This document shows positions 41,937 to 54,500 of a stretch of 64,000 bases of DNA, one piece after another. The notes beneath the pieces are model-generated. The model ran no database searches, was not told the DNA's origin, and was given only the letters and a program-made list of their open reading frames with translations. Position 1 is the stretch's first letter; every line of letters begins with the position of its first letter. Source of the stretch: Spirochaetia bacterium (GTDB lineage: Bacteria > Spirochaetota > Spirochaetia > WTKD01 > G963693115); NCBI GenBank assembly GCA_965226055.1, contig CBDDCA010000003.1, positions 1 through 64,000 of the forward strand, in the 5' to 3' direction. The translations under genes and the position numbers were made by a program.

Positions 41937-44900
41937 ATGAAATTATTGAATATATCATATATATTTTTTATCGTTTTTGTGTTTTCACTTTTCACTTGTG
42001 AAAATGACAATGTAGGAAGCGGAGGAAGTAACAACGCTATTGATTTAAGTAGTGTGGCATCTCCCCCGCTAGATGTAACGAATATTACTAACAGTATTGT
42101 GAATGGTAATATTGTGTTAAAGTGGCAAGTTCCAGCCCTTACTACTAATCTTAAAAGGAAAGATGGCAAAACACTCACAAAGGCAGATATATCTTACAAA
42201 GTGTATCGAGTAGTAAAGGGAGCAAAGAGCCGAACAATAGCCCAGATTAAAACAGTGGATAAAAAACCGATAACAGTAGCAAAGGGAACAACAAGTACAA
42301 CTATAAGTAATCTTACTGGAAATACAACATACGAGATAGTAGTGCAGGCAGTAAATTCTACAGATACCACAAAAGTCTCTACAGGAGTGAGAGCAGAAGT
42401 TACTACTTTATCCTCTGCAACTGCTCCCGCAGAAGTAAGCACTATTACTGCAGGCAGTACAACGGCTAGCAGTACAGTTATATCATGGACAGCCCCAACG
42501 CTTGATACTAGCCACAAGAAAGCAGACGGCACAGCACTGACAAAGGCAGATGTGTCTTACAAAGTGTATCGAGTAGCAAAGGGAAGCGATGAGCGAACAG
42601 TAGCACAAATAAAATCAGCAGACACAAGCCCGCTAGCAGTAGCAAAGGGAACAACAAGTACAACTATAAGTAACCTTACAGGCAGTACAACATACGAGAT
42701 AGTAGTGCAGGCAGTCAATTCTACTGATGCCACAAAAGCCTCTATAGGCAAGAGAATAGAAGTTACTACTACTGTTATAATAAATCAAGCCACCGCACCC
42801 GCAGAGGCAAGCACTATTACTGCAGGCAGTACAACAGCTAGCAGTACAGTTATATCATGGACAGCTCCAACGCTTGATACTAGCCACAAGAAAGCAGACG
42901 GCACAGCACTGATAAAGGCAGATGTATCTTACAAAGTGTATCGAGTAGCAAAAGGAAGCGATGAGCGAACAGTGGCACAGATTAAGACAGCAGATACAAG
43001 CCCGCTAGCAGTAGCAAAGGGAACAACAAGTACAACTATAAGTAACCTTACAGGGAATACAACATACGAGATAGTAGTGCAGGCAGTAAATTCTACTGAT
43101 ACCACAAAAGCCTCTATAGGCAAGAGAATAGAAGTTACTACCACGAACCCTGCAACTGCCCCCGCAGAAGTAAGTGCTATTACTGCAGGCAGTACAACGG
43201 CTAGCAGTACAACGCTATCATGGACAGCCCCCACGCTTGATACTAGTCACAAGAAGGCAGACGGCACAGCACTGACAAAGGCAGATGTGTCTTACAAAGT
43301 GTATCGAGTAGCAAAAGGAAGCGATGAGCGAACAGTAGCACAGATTAAGACAGCAGACACAAGCCCGCTAGCAGTAACAAAGGGAACTATAAGCAAAACT
43401 ATAAATAACCTTACAGGCAGTACAACATACGAGATAGTAGTGCAGGCAGTCAATTCTACCGATATCACAAAAGCCTCTACAGGCAAGAGAATAGAAGTTA
43501 CTACTCTAAACCCCGCAAATGCCCCAACAGAAGTAAGCACTATTACTGCAAGCAGTACAACAGCTAGCAGTACAGTTATATCATGGACAGCTCCAACGCT
43601 TACTACTAGCCATAAGAAAGCGGACGGGGGAAGGCTTACAACGGCAGATGTATCTTACAAAATATATCGAGTAGCAAAGGGAAGCAAAGCCCGAACAGTA
43701 GCAGAGATTAAGAGAGTAGACCCGACTCCACTAAAAGTAACAAAGGGAACAACCCGTATAACTATAACAAACCTTAATTATAATACCGCCTATGAAATAG
43801 TAGTACAAGCAGTCAATTCTACTGATACTACAAAAGTCTCTACAGGAATACGAAAAGAAGTTACTACTAATCGTATACCTAATATAGCCACCGCCCCAAC
43901 AGAAGTAACCAATATCACCGCAGGCAGTACAACGGCTAGCAGTACAGTTATATCATGGACAGCCCCCACCCTAACAAACAGTCACAAGAAAGCAAACGGA
44001 CAAAATCTTACAACGGCAGATGTATCTTACAAAATATATCGGGTAGCGAAGGGAAGCGATGAGCGAACAGTAGCCCAGATTAAAACAGCAGACACGACTC
44101 CGATCGCAGTAGCAAAGGGAACAACAAGAACAACTATAAGTAACCTTACAGGAAGTACAATATACGAGATAGTAGTGCAGGCAGTCAATTCTACCGATAC
44201 CACAAAAGTCTCTACAGGAGTGAGAGCAGAAGTTACTACTCTAAACCCCGCAAATGCTCCCGCAGAAGTAAGCAATGTTACTGCTGGAAGTACTACCGAT
44301 AAAAGAATAGAAGTAACATGGCAAGCACCAACGCTTACTAATGATCACAAGAAGGCAAACGGAGAAACACTAACAACGGCAGATGTATTTTATAAAGTGT
44401 ATCGAGTAGCAAAAGGAAGCGATGAGCGAACAGTAGCAGAGATTAAAACAGCAGACACAAGCCCGTTAGAAGTAGCACGGGGAATAACTACTGTATTTAT
44501 ACCCAACCTTACAGGCAGTACAACATACGAGATAGTAGTGCAGGCAGTCAATTCTACCGATACCACAAAAGCCTCTACAGGAGTGAGAGCAGAAGTTACT
44601 ACTACTAACCCTGCAAATGCTCCCGCTGAAGTAAGCAATATTACTGTAGGCAGTACAACGGCTAGCAGTACAACGCTTTCATGGACAGCCCCCACGCTTG
44701 ATAATAGCCACAAAAAAGCAAACGGAGAAACACTTACAACGGCAGATGTGTCTTATAAAGTGTATCGTGTTGCAAAAGGAAAGAATGCCCGAGATGTAGC
44801 AGAGATTAAGACAGCGGATAAAAGCCCGTTAGCAGTAGCAAAGGGAACTATAAGCAAAACTATAAATAACCTTGCAGGCAGTACAACTTATGAGATAGTA

Positions 44901-47900
44901 GTACAAGCAGTCAATTCTACTGATACCACAAAAGCCTCTACAGGAGTGAGAGCAGAAGTTACTACTTTATCCTCTGCAACAGCCCCCGCAGAAGTAAGCA
45001 ATGTTAGTGCAGGAAGCACAACTGCTAGCAGTACAGTTATATCATGGACAGCCCCCACGCTTGATAATAGCCATAAAAAAGCAGACGGTACAGCACTGAC
45101 AAAGGCAGATGTGTCTTACAAAGTGTATCGAGTAGCAAAGGGAAGCGATGAGCGAACAGTAGCAGAGATTAAGACAGCGGATAAAAGCCCGCTAGCAGTA
45201 ACAAAAGGAACTATAAGCAAAACTATAAATAACCTTACAGGCAGTACAACATACGAGATAGTAGTGCAGGCAGTCAATTCTACCGATACCACAAAAGTCT
45301 CTACAGGCAAGAGAATAGAAGTAACAACCTCAAACCCCGCAAATGCCCCCGCAGAAGTAAGCAATGTTAGTGCAGGAAGCACAACTGCTAGCAGTACAGT
45401 TATATCATGGACAGCCCCAACGCTTGATACTAGCCACAAGAAAGCAGATGGCACAGCACTGACAAAGGCAGATGTGTCTTACAAAGTGTATCGAGTAGCA
45501 AAGGGAAGCGATGAGCGAACAGTAGCAGAGATTAAGACAGCGGATAAAAGCCCGCTAGCAGTAACAAAAGGAACTATAAGCAAAACTATAAGTAACCTTA
45601 CAGGCAGTACAACATACGAGATAGTAGTGCAGGCAGTCAATTCCACCGATACCACAAAAGTCTCTACAGGAGTGAGAGCAGAAGTTACTACTTTATCCTC
45701 TGCAACTGCTCCCGCAGAAGTAAGCAATGTTAGTGCAGGAAGCACAACTGCTAGCAGTACAGTTATATCATGGACAGCACCAACGCTTGATACTAGCCAT
45801 AAGAAAGCAGACGGCACAGCACTAACAAAGGCAGATGTGTCTTACAAAGTGTATCGAGTAGCAAAAGGAAAGAATGCCCGAGATGTAGCAGAAATTAAGA
45901 CAGCGGATAAAAGCCCGTTAGCAGTAACAAAGGGAACTATAAGCAAAACTATAAGTAACCTTACAGGCAGTACAACATACGAGATAGTAGTGCAGGCAGT
46001 CAATTCTACCGATACCACAAAAGCCTCTACAGGCAAGAGAATAGAAGTTACTACTCTAAACCCCGCAAATGCCCCCGCAGAAGTAAGCAATGTTAGTGCA
46101 GGAAGCACAACTGCTAGCAGTACAGTTATATCATGGACAGCCCCCACGCTTGATAATAGCCATAAAAAAGCAGACGGTACAGCACTGACAAAGGCAGATG
46201 TGTCTTACAAAGTGTATCGAGTAGCAAAGGGAAGCGATGAGCGAACAGTAGCAGAGATTAAGACAGCGGATAAAAGCCCGCTAGCAGTAACAAAAGGAAC
46301 TATAAGCAAAACTATAAATAACCTTACAGGCAGTACAACATACGAGATAGTAGTACAAGCAGTAAATTCTACTGATACCACAAAAGTCTCTACAGGAGTG
46401 AGAGCAGAAGTTACTACTTTATCCTCTGCAACTGCTCCCGCAGAAGTAAGCAATGTTAGTGCAGGAAGCACAACTGCTAGCAGTACAACAATATCATGGA
46501 CAGCCCCAACGCTTGATAATAGCCACAAGAAAGCAGACGGCACAGCACTAACAAAGGCAGATGTGTCTTACAAAGTGTATCGAGTAGCAAAAGGAAAGAA
46601 TGCCCGAGATGTAGCAGAGATTAAGACAGCAGATAAAAGCCCGTTAGCAGTAACAAAAGGAACTATAAGCAAAACTATAAGTAACCTTACAGGCAGTACA
46701 ACATACGAGATAGTAGTACAGGCAGTCAATTCTACCGATACCACAAAAGCCTCTACAGGCAAGAGAATAGAAGTTACTACTACCAACCCCGCAAATGCTC
46801 CCGCAGAAGTAAGCAATATTACTGCAGGCAATCTTATTGCAGGCACTCCCTACAGCACTGGTATTACTATATCATGGACAGCCCCAACGCTTGATAATAG
46901 CCACAAGAAAGCAGATGGCACAGCACTGACAACGGCAGATGTATCTTACAAAGTGTATCGAGTGGCAGAAAGATGGAATAACCCCCGAACAGTAGCACAG
47001 ATTAAAACAGCAGACACAAGCCCGCTAGAAGTAACACAGAATACAACAAGTATAAATATAACTAATCTTGTTTTGTACGAAACATACGAGATAGTAGTGC
47101 AGGCAGTCAATTCTACCGATACCACAAAAATCTCTACAGGAATAAAGAAAAACATTACTCTCAATAGTAACGCCACTGATCCCGCAGAAGTAAACAATGT
47201 TACAGGAACTCCCGCTGATAAATCTGCAAGAATATCGTGGGAAGCTCCAACACTCAAAAGCAGTCACAAAAAATCAGACGGAACACAACTAACAACGGCA
47301 GAGGTATCGTATAAGGTATATGCAGCGAGAAGGAAAAGAGATGAGTACGGAGTTTATTACAAAGAACGCACAGTAGCACAAATTATAGCAGGTGGTCACC
47401 CAATTAGTTTACCCGCAGGAACTACAAGTACGAATATTAATACTATTGCAAAAGATATAGTTTTTATACCTAAAAATAAATACGAGATAGTAGTGCAAGC
47501 AGTAAATGTCACCGATACGTCAAAAGTCTCTACAGGAGTAAGAATAGAAATAACTACCATTTCTACTAATCACGCCACCGCCCCGCCAGACCCCCGCAGT
47601 GTTTTAAGCTATGCAGCAAAGCCATCTAATAGAGCAGTAACAATATCATGGATAACTTCAACGCTTACTAATAATCATAAGAAACCAGACGGCACGAAAT
47701 TAGCGAAAACAGATATAGATTACTATGTATATCATTTAGAAAAGGCCAGCATTTCTAAAACAGTAGAACAAATTAAAAACAGAAAGCCAATCCCTATACT
47801 AGTACTCAATGGAGCTACAAATGTAGTTATTTCTAATCTTAAGCCCAATACTACCTATGAGGTAGTAGTGCAGGCAGTCAACTCTATTGATACAAGAAAA

Positions 47901-48248
47901 AAATCTACAGGCATACGAATAGAAGTTACTACTTTAGTAACGCTTAATGAATTAGTATTTAAGGTAAAGGGAAATAAAGTTACTTATGAATGGGTACATT
48001 ACCCTGAAACTGCAAATATTGAAATAGAACAAACGCCATACGCAACAGGTAAATATTCAATAAGTCCCAACCTCACAGCAGACACTGGACTGTCCTTTGA
48101 TACAAAAACAGGCAGGATATACGGACAACCCACGAAATCGCTTAAAACCTTCAATGCTCGTAAATACTACACAGTAAAATTTACTGCAAACGATGGACGA
48201 ATAGCACGGGGTACAATTCTCTTAAAAGTAACAAGAAATAACTACTAA
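41937..48248 (+). CDS. Giant surface lipoprotein: 16 fibronectin type III repeats plus a C-terminal Ig-like domain (2103 aa)
   Basis: Lipobox LFTC; ~121-aa units with SWTAP...SYKVYR...[11 protein letters not shown]; C-terminal SISPNL..TGLSFDTKTGRIYG. Confidence 0.92.
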   Translation: MKLLNISYIFFIVFVFSLFTCENDNVGSGGSNNAIDLSSVASPPLDVTNITNSIVNGNIVLKWQVPALTTNLKRKDGKTLTKADISYKVYRVVKGAKSRTIAQIKTVDKKPITVAKGTTSTTISNLTGNTTYEIVVQAVNSTDTTKVSTGVRAEVTTLSSATAPAEVSTITAGSTTASSTVISWTAPTLDTSHKKADGTALTKADVSYKVYRVAKGSDERTVAQIKSADTSPLAVAKGTTSTTISNLTGSTTYEIVVQAVNSTDATKASIGKRIEVTTTVIINQATAPAEASTITAGSTTASSTVISWTAPTLDTSHKKADGTALIKADVSYKVYRVAKGSDERTVAQIKTADTSPLAVAKGTTSTTISNLTGNTTYEIVVQAVNSTDTTKASIGKRIEVTTTNPATAPAEVSAITAGSTTASSTTLSWTAPTLDTSHKKADGTALTKADVSYKVYRVAKGSDERTVAQIKTADTSPLAVTKGTISKTINNLTGSTTYEIVVQAVNSTDITKASTGKRIEVTTLNPANAPTEVSTITASSTTASSTVISWTAPTLTTSHKKADGGRLTTADVSYKIYRVAKGSKARTVAEIKRVDPTPLKVTKGTTRITITNLNYNTAYEIVVQAVNSTDTTKVSTGIRKEVTTNRIPNIATAPTEVTNITAGSTTASSTVISWTAPTLTNSHKKANGQNLTTADVSYKIYRVAKGSDERTVAQIKTADTTPIAVAKGTTRTTISNLTGSTIYEIVVQAVNSTDTTKVSTGVRAEVTTLNPANAPAEVSNVTAGSTTDKRIEVTWQAPTLTNDHKKANGETLTTADVFYKVYRVAKGSDERTVAEIKTADTSPLEVARGITTVFIPNLTGSTTYEIVVQAVNSTDTTKASTGVRAEVTTTNPANAPAEVSNITVGSTTASSTTLSWTAPTLDNSHKKANGETLTTADVSYKVYRVAKGKNARDVAEIKTADKSPLAVAKGTISKTINNLAGSTTYEIVVQAVNSTDTTKASTGVRAEVTTLSSATAPAEVSNVSAGSTTASSTVISWTAPTLDNSHKKADGTALTKADVSYKVYRVAKGSDERTVAEIKTADKSPLAVTKGTISKTINNLTGSTTYEIVVQAVNSTDTTKVSTGKRIEVTTSNPANAPAEVSNVSAGSTTASSTVISWTAPTLDTSHKKADGTALTKADVSYKVYRVAKGSDERTVAEIKTADKSPLAVTKGTISKTISNLTGSTTYEIVVQAVNSTDTTKVSTGVRAEVTTLSSATAPAEVSNVSAGSTTASSTVISWTAPTLDTSHKKADGTALTKADVSYKVYRVAKGKNARDVAEIKTADKSPLAVTKGTISKTISNLTGSTTYEIVVQAVNSTDTTKASTGKRIEVTTLNPANAPAEVSNVSAGSTTASSTVISWTAPTLDNSHKKADGTALTKADVSYKVYRVAKGSDERTVAEIKTADKSPLAVTKGTISKTINNLTGSTTYEIVVQAVNSTDTTKVSTGVRAEVTTLSSATAPAEVSNVSAGSTTASSTTISWTAPTLDNSHKKADGTALTKADVSYKVYRVAKGKNARDVAEIKTADKSPLAVTKGTISKTISNLTGSTTYEIVVQAVNSTDTTKASTGKRIEVTTTNPANAPAEVSNITAGNLIAGTPYSTGITISWTAPTLDNSHKKADGTALTTADVSYKVYRVAERWNNPRTVAQIKTADTSPLEVTQNTTSINITNLVLYETYEIVVQAVNSTDTTKISTGIKKNITLNSNATDPAEVNNVTGTPADKSARISWEAPTLKSSHKKSDGTQLTTAEVSYKVYAARRKRDEYGVYYKERTVAQIIAGGHPISLPAGTTSTNINTIAKDIVFIPKNKYEIVVQAVNVTDTSKVSTGVRIEITTISTNHATAPPDPRSVLSYAAKPSNRAVTISWITSTLTNNHKKPDGTKLAKTDIDYYVYHLEKASISKTVEQIKNRKPIPILVLNGATNVVISNLKPNTTYEVVVQAVNSIDTRKKSTGIRIEVTTLVTLNELVFKVKGNKVTYEWVHYPETANIEIEQTPYATGKYSISPNLTADTGLSFDTKTGRIYGQPTKSLKTFNARKYYTVKFTANDGRIARGTILLKVTRNNY

Positions 48249-48391
48249 TACATATATATTGTATATAATTAAGTAGTGTAATGATGGTAGAATTTGTATA
48301 TTTTTCTCCTAATAAATGCAGATATTAGAGTATAATTTTTTCTATCATCTTTACACTTTGAAAAAGAATAATTTTTGAATAGGAGGCTGCA

Positions 48392-48971
48392 ATGAAATTA
48401 TTGAATGGTATCATATTATATTTTTATCGTTCTTGTGTTTTTACTGTTTACTTGCGAAGGCAACAAGGTAGGTAGCACTAAAGGTAACCCTGCCACCGCA
48501 CCGCCAGAGGCAAGCAGTGTTACAGGAAGTCCCACCGATAACAGTGTAAGGGTATCATGGACAGCTCCAACGCTTGATAATAATCATAAGACAGCAGACA
48601 CAAGCCCGCTAGCAGTAGCAAAGGGAACAACAAGTATAAATATAACTAATCTTACAACTACTACCACCTATGAAGTAGTAGTACAGGCAGTCAATGCAAC
48701 AGATACCACAAAAGTCTCTACAGGAATAAAAACAGAAGTAACTACTCTTAGTTCTCTTAATTTAGTTTTGAAGAAAGGCAGTACTATAGAAACAGAAGTA
48801 AACATAAGGATAAATTCTGTTGGTGTTAATGTTCGTTCAATAGTAACACCGAATGTAAGTGGTACATTTTTTATTTCTCCTAATTTAACGAAAAATACTG
48901 GAATTTTATTTAATACTAATACTGGCATACTATCGGGGTTAGTACATTTAAGTAGTATTTTACTATATTGA
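48392..48971 (+). pseudogene. Decayed FN3/Ig lipoprotein paralog
   Basis: RBS plus ATG 48392 (MKLLN, as in 41937) is out of frame with the rest. Internal FN3 deletion (NHK/TAD) and a C-terminal deletion relative to the 3' end of 51503-58099. Confidence 0.7.
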
Positions 48972-49003
48972 TATGATTAAATATATGGTACTTTAGTATT
49001 ACC

Positions 49004-49042
49004 TTTAGTAGACACAGCATTATTTATGCTGTGTCTACTAAA
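49004..49042. terminator. Perfect 17-bp stem hairpin, terminator-like
   Basis: TTTAGTAGACACAGCAT-TATTT-ATGCTGTGTCTACTAAA. Confidence 0.7.
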
Positions 49043-49331
49043 TTACCGAAAGCAAAAGAGCTAATTTTTATAAAATCGGTAAGTATTTATTGCAGGTACA
49101 TATAAAATAACTTCTACTAAGCATATTTGAGAAAGGAGTTTTGTTATCTCATGTATACCTTTGGTAGCACTCAATTCAGATATTTTATGTAATTAGTACT
49201 TAAAATTGAGAATAGAAGGCCATCTCTTTAAAAAAACAGGTGTTTTGGTATTGCGTTTTTTTGTATTTCTTTGTATATTATATCTATCTTTATTCAAAAT
49301 TCAAGCGTTAAGTTTGAAAAAGGAGAAAAAT

Positions 49332-51143
49332 ATGAAAACAAATCATATATATTTTATTATTTTTAGTGTTTTTATTATTTTGATAAGTGCTTGTGAAGCT
49401 GAGATTCCGACTATTGATAACAGTAGGAATGATGCTTCCTCTGCGACTGCACCAGCAGAGGCAAGCAATGTTACAGGAAGCCCAACCAATACAAGTGCAA
49501 GTATATCCTGGCAAGCCCCAACGCTTACAAGCAGTCATAAGAAAGCAGACGGAACACAGCTGACAAAGGCAGATGTATCTTACAAAGTATACCGAGTAGC
49601 AAAAGGAGCAAAGAGCCGAACAATAGCACAGATTAAAGAAGCGGACACGAAACCGATTGAAGTAGCAAAGGGAACAACAAGCACAAGTATAACTAATCTT
49701 ACTAGAAGTACGACCTATGAAATAGTAGTACAAGCAGTCAATGCCACCGACCCCACAAAAGTCTCTACAGGTATACGAATAGAAGTAACTACACTTGCCA
49801 CAAATCAAGCAACAGCACCAGCAGACGTCCGTGTTGTTACAGGAAGCCGCTCTACTGATACCAGTACATTGATAAGATGGCTACCCCCAACGCTTGATAC
49901 TAGCCACAAGAAAGCAGACGGCACAGCACTGACAAAGGCAGATGTATCTTACAAAGTGTATCGAGTAGCAAAGGGAAGTGATGAGCGAACAGTAGCAGAG
50001 ATTAAGACAGCAGACACAAGCCCGTTAGCAGTAACAAAGGGAACAACAAGTACAACTATAAGTAACCTTACAGGAAATACAACATACGAGATAGTAGTAC
50101 AAGCAGTCAATTCCACTGCCCCCACAAAAGTCTCTACAGGCATACGAATAGAAATAACTACCCTTGCCTCTATTAGCATGAGAGCAAAGCAACAAGGAAG
50201 CAGCAGTACATTTACTACTTTGTCAGCAACAGCACAAGGAAAAGACGGAACAACAGAAATTACTCCTATTGTAATGGAAGTAACGCCCAGTAGTGTAGTA
50301 AGCAGTGGTACATTTTCAATCAGCCCCAGCCTAACAGAAAATACAGGCATTTCTTTCAATACCAGCAACGGCACAATATCAGGGGTAGCGAAATATATAC
50401 AGAGTGAAACTACTTATACAATAACCTTTACAGCGACAGACCGCAGAACAGCACAGACCACTATTGATATTACTGTAGTGGGAAAATATAGCCCGAAAAG
50501 TAGAGCCGATTTAATTACACTAATACAGGATATAATGGACACCGATGACAACGGGAAAATAGATGATATTGACCCCGACTTAAACATTATTGATACAAGT
50601 AATATTACAGATATGACCAAATTATTTAGCACGAGAACAAAATTACATGTATTTAATGGGGATATATCAAAATGGGATGTAAGTAATGTAACTACTATGT
50701 TTACCATGTTTGCCAGTAATAAGGTATTTAATGGGGATATATCAAACTGGAATGTAAGTAAAGTAACCGATATGGACGGGATGTTTAATAATGCTATAAA
50801 GTTTAATGGGGATATATCAAACTGGAAAGTAGGGAAAGTAACGAATATGGACAGGATGTTTTTTAATGCAACAGCATTTAATGGTGACATATCAAAATGG
50901 GATGTAAGCAAAGTAACGGATATGAGCCTTATGTTTCATCAAGCCTCTGCATTTAATAAGGATATATCAGACTGGAATGTAGAGAGTGTAACCAATATGT
51001 TTGGAATGTTTAATCTAGCGACTTCATTTACTAAAGATTTAGAAGCATGGGGGGAACATATAGGGGATAGTGTAGATATGTCCTTAATGTTTGATGGCAG
51101 TGGAGTAAAGACAACGCCTTCATGGTATAAAAGTGGAAATTAA
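49332..51143 (+). CDS. Surface lipoprotein: 2 FN3 repeats, Ig-like domain, DUF285/BspA-type repeats
   Basis: Lipobox LISAC; repeats [20 protein letters not shown]. Confidence 0.9.
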   Translation: MKTNHIYFIIFSVFIILISACEAEIPTIDNSRNDASSATAPAEASNVTGSPTNTSASISWQAPTLTSSHKKADGTQLTKADVSYKVYRVAKGAKSRTIAQIKEADTKPIEVAKGTTSTSITNLTRSTTYEIVVQAVNATDPTKVSTGIRIEVTTLATNQATAPADVRVVTGSRSTDTSTLIRWLPPTLDTSHKKADGTALTKADVSYKVYRVAKGSDERTVAEIKTADTSPLAVTKGTTSTTISNLTGNTTYEIVVQAVNSTAPTKVSTGIRIEITTLASISMRAKQQGSSSTFTTLSATAQGKDGTTEITPIVMEVTPSSVVSSGTFSISPSLTENTGISFNTSNGTISGVAKYIQSETTYTITFTATDRRTAQTTIDITVVGKYSPKSRADLITLIQDIMDTDDNGKIDDIDPDLNIIDTSNITDMTKLFSTRTKLHVFNGDISKWDVSNVTTMFTMFASNKVFNGDISNWNVSKVTDMDGMFNNAIKFNGDISNWKVGKVTNMDRMFFNATAFNGDISKWDVSKVTDMSLMFHQASAFNKDISDWNVESVTNMFGMFNLATSFTKDLEAWGEHIGDSVDMSLMFDGSGVKTTPSWYKSGN

Positions 51144-51420
51144 AGTATAGTAAACTTGTGTAGGGATGAGAAATATAAAATCTTTATTATATTACTAATG
51201 CAGATGTTTGTTATTCTTATCTTTTCAATCATCCCTACACTTTAGTAAGTTTATATAAGATGAGAAAACTGTTATTACTATTACAAATTGAGCATATTTG
51301 AGAAAGGAGTTTTGCTATCTCGTGTATACCTTTGGTAAAACTCCATTCAGATATTTTATGTAAATAGCACTTAAAATTGAGAATAAAAGGCTATTTTTTA
51401 AGAAAATAGGTGTTTTGCTA

Positions 51421-51451
51421 TTGCGGTTTTTTTTTTTTTTTGTTGTATAAT
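51421..51451 (+). promoter_or_regulatory. Promoter with T15 tract between -35 and -10 (19-bp spacing)
   Basis: TTGCGG-T15-GTTG-TATAAT. Confidence 0.7.
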
Positions 51452-51502
51452 AATATATCTGCATCTAAAATGCAAGTATTAAGTTTGAAAAAGGAGTAAA
51501 AT

Positions 51503-54500
51503 ATGAAAATAAACCATATATATTTTATTGTTTTTAGTGTTTTTATTATTTTGATAAGTGCTTGTGAAGCTGATATCTCGACTAGCTCTAGTAGTGGGGG
51601 GAGTACACTATCTTCTGCAACTGCACCATTAGAGGTAAGCAATGTTACAGGAAATCCTACCGACAGAAGTATTATATTGAAGTGGCAAGCCCCAACGCTT
51701 ACAAGCAGTCATAAGAAAGCAGACGGAACACAGCTAACAAAGGCAGATGTATCGCATAAGGTTTTTATAGTAGAAAAAGGATCACAGAGCCGAACAGTAG
51801 AGAATATTATAGCTTTAGATAAATCGCCTATTGAGGTAAAAAAAGGAATAGTAACAGTAAATATAAATGATCGAAAGCCCAATACCACCTATGAAATAGT
51901 AGTACAAGCGGTCAATTCTACCGATACCACAAAAGTCTCTAAAGGAATGAGAGTAGAAGTGACTACCCTTACCACTGATCACGCAACAGCACCTCCAGAA
52001 GCAAGCGATGTTACAGGAAGTCCTATCGATACAAGTGCAAGAATAACATGGCAAGCCCCAAATCTTACCGATAGCCATAAGAAAGCAGATGGCACAGCAC
52101 TCACAACGGCAGATGTATCGTACAAAGTGTATCGGGTAGCAAAGGGAAGCGATGAGCGAACAGTAGCAGAGATTAAGACAGCAGATAAGACTCCGCTTGA
52201 AGTAGCAAAAGGAACGACAAGTATAAATATAACTAACCTTAATAAAAATACTGCTTATGAAGTAGTAGTACAATCAGTCAATTCCACCGATACCACAAAA
52301 GTCTCTACAGGAGTAAGAATAGAAGTAACTACCCTTGCACAGAATCATGCAACCGCACCAGCAGATGCAAGCAGTGTTGCAGGAAGCCCAGACAATGACA
52401 GTGTAGCGGTATCATGGCAAGCCCCAAATCTTACCGATAGCCATAAGAAAGCAGACGGCACACAACTCACAACGGCAGATGTATCTTACAAAGTATACCG
52501 AGTAGCAAAGGGAAGCGATGAGCGAACAGTAGCAGAGATTAAAACAGCAGACACGACACCGATTGAAGTAGCAAAAGGAACAACAAGCACAACTATAAAT
52601 AATCTTATTGGAAGTACTACCTATGAAATAGTAGTACAAGCAGTCAATTCCACCGACTCTACAAAAGCCTCTACAGGCATACGAATAGAAGTAGCTACCA
52701 CGAACCCCGCCACTGCACCAGCAGACGCCCGCAGTGTTGCAGGAAGCCCAGCCGATACCAGCGCAAGAATAACATGGCAAGCGCCAGCGCTTACAGGCAG
52801 TCATAAAAAAGCAAACGGACAAAGACTCACAGAGGCAGATGTATCTTACAAAGTATACCGAGTAGTAAAGGGAAACGGTGTCCGAACAGTAGCAGCGATT
52901 AAAACAGCAGATAATAACCCGCTAGCAGTAGCAAAGGGAACAACAAGTACAAATATAACCAGTCTTACCCCTGCTACCACCTATGAAATAGTGGTACAAG
53001 CAGTCAATTCCACCGATACCACAAAAGTCTCTACAGGCAAACGAATAGAAGTAACTACCCTTGCAAATAATCACGCAACAGCACCAGCAGACGCAAGCAG
53101 TGTTGTAGGAAGCCCAGCCGATGACAGTGTAGGGGTATCATGGCAAGCCCCAGCCTTTACAAGTAGTCATAAGAAAGCAGACGGAACACAACTCACAAAG
53201 GCAGATGTATATTACAAAGTATACCGAGTAGTAAAGGGAGCAAAGAGCAGAACAATAGCAGAGATTAAAGAAGCAGACAAGACCCCGATGGAAGTAGCAA
53301 AGGGAACAACAAGCACAACTATAACTAATCTTACAGGAAGTACCACCTATGAAATAGTAGTACAAGCAGTCAATTCCACCGACTCTACAAAAGCCTCTAC
53401 AGGCATACGAATAGAAGTAGCTACCACGAACCCCGCCACTGCACCAGCAGACGCCCGCAGTGTTACCGCAGGAAGCACGACAGCCTCAAGTACAACTTTA
53501 TCGTGGACAGATCCAACGCTTACTACTAGCCACAAGAAAGCAAATGGACAAAGACTCACAACGGCAGATGTATCGTACAAAGTATATCGTGTAGCAAAAG
53601 GAAGGAATGCTCGAACAATAGCAGAGATTAAAACAGCAGATGGGACACCGCTAGCAGTAGCAAAGGGAACAAAAAGCACAACTATAACTAATCTTACAGG
53701 AAGTACTACCTATGAAATAGTAGTACAAGCAATCAACTCCACCGATACTACAAAAGTCTCTACAGGAGTGAGAATAGAAGTGACTACCACGAACCCTGCC
53801 ACCGCGCCAGCAGATGCAAGCAGTGTTGCAGGAAATCCAACTGATGACAGTGTAGCGGTATCATGGACAGCCCCAGCTCTTACAAGCAGTCACAAGAAAG
53901 CAGATGGAACGAAACTCACAAAGGCAGATGTATCTTACAAAGTATATCGAGTAGCAAAGAATGGAGCAAACACTCGATCAATAGCACAGATTATAACAGC
54001 AGACAAGACCCCGCTTGAAGTAGTAAAAGGAACAACAAGTGCAACTATAACTAATCTTACCCCTAGTACCACCTATGAAATAGTAGTACAAGCGATCAAT
54101 TCTACCGATACCACAAAAACCTCTACAGGAGTAAGAATAGAAGTAACTACCGATAACCTTGCCACCGCACCAGCAGAGGCAAGTAGTGTTACAGGAAGCC
54201 CAACCGATACTAGTGCAAGAATAACATGGCAAGCTCCAACGCTTACTACTAGCCATAAGAAAGCAGACGGACAAAGACTCACAACGGCAGATGTATCTTA
54301 CAAAGTGTATCGAGTAGCAAAAGGAAGCGATGCCCGAACAATAGCAGAGATTAAAACAGCAGATAAGAACCCGCTAGCAGTAGCAAGGGGAACAACAAGC
54401 ACAACTATAACCAGTCTTACCCCTAATACCACCTATGAAATAGTAGTACAAGCAGTCAATTTTACCGATACTACAAAAGTCTCTACAGGCAAACGAATAG

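Noticed and set aside
51487-51516. Possible self-target of spacer 856-885 at the start of the 2198-aa adhesin (AAAAAGGAGTAA..TATG)
   Set aside because: Match is limited to a generic SD/ATG context with many mismatches over 30 nt
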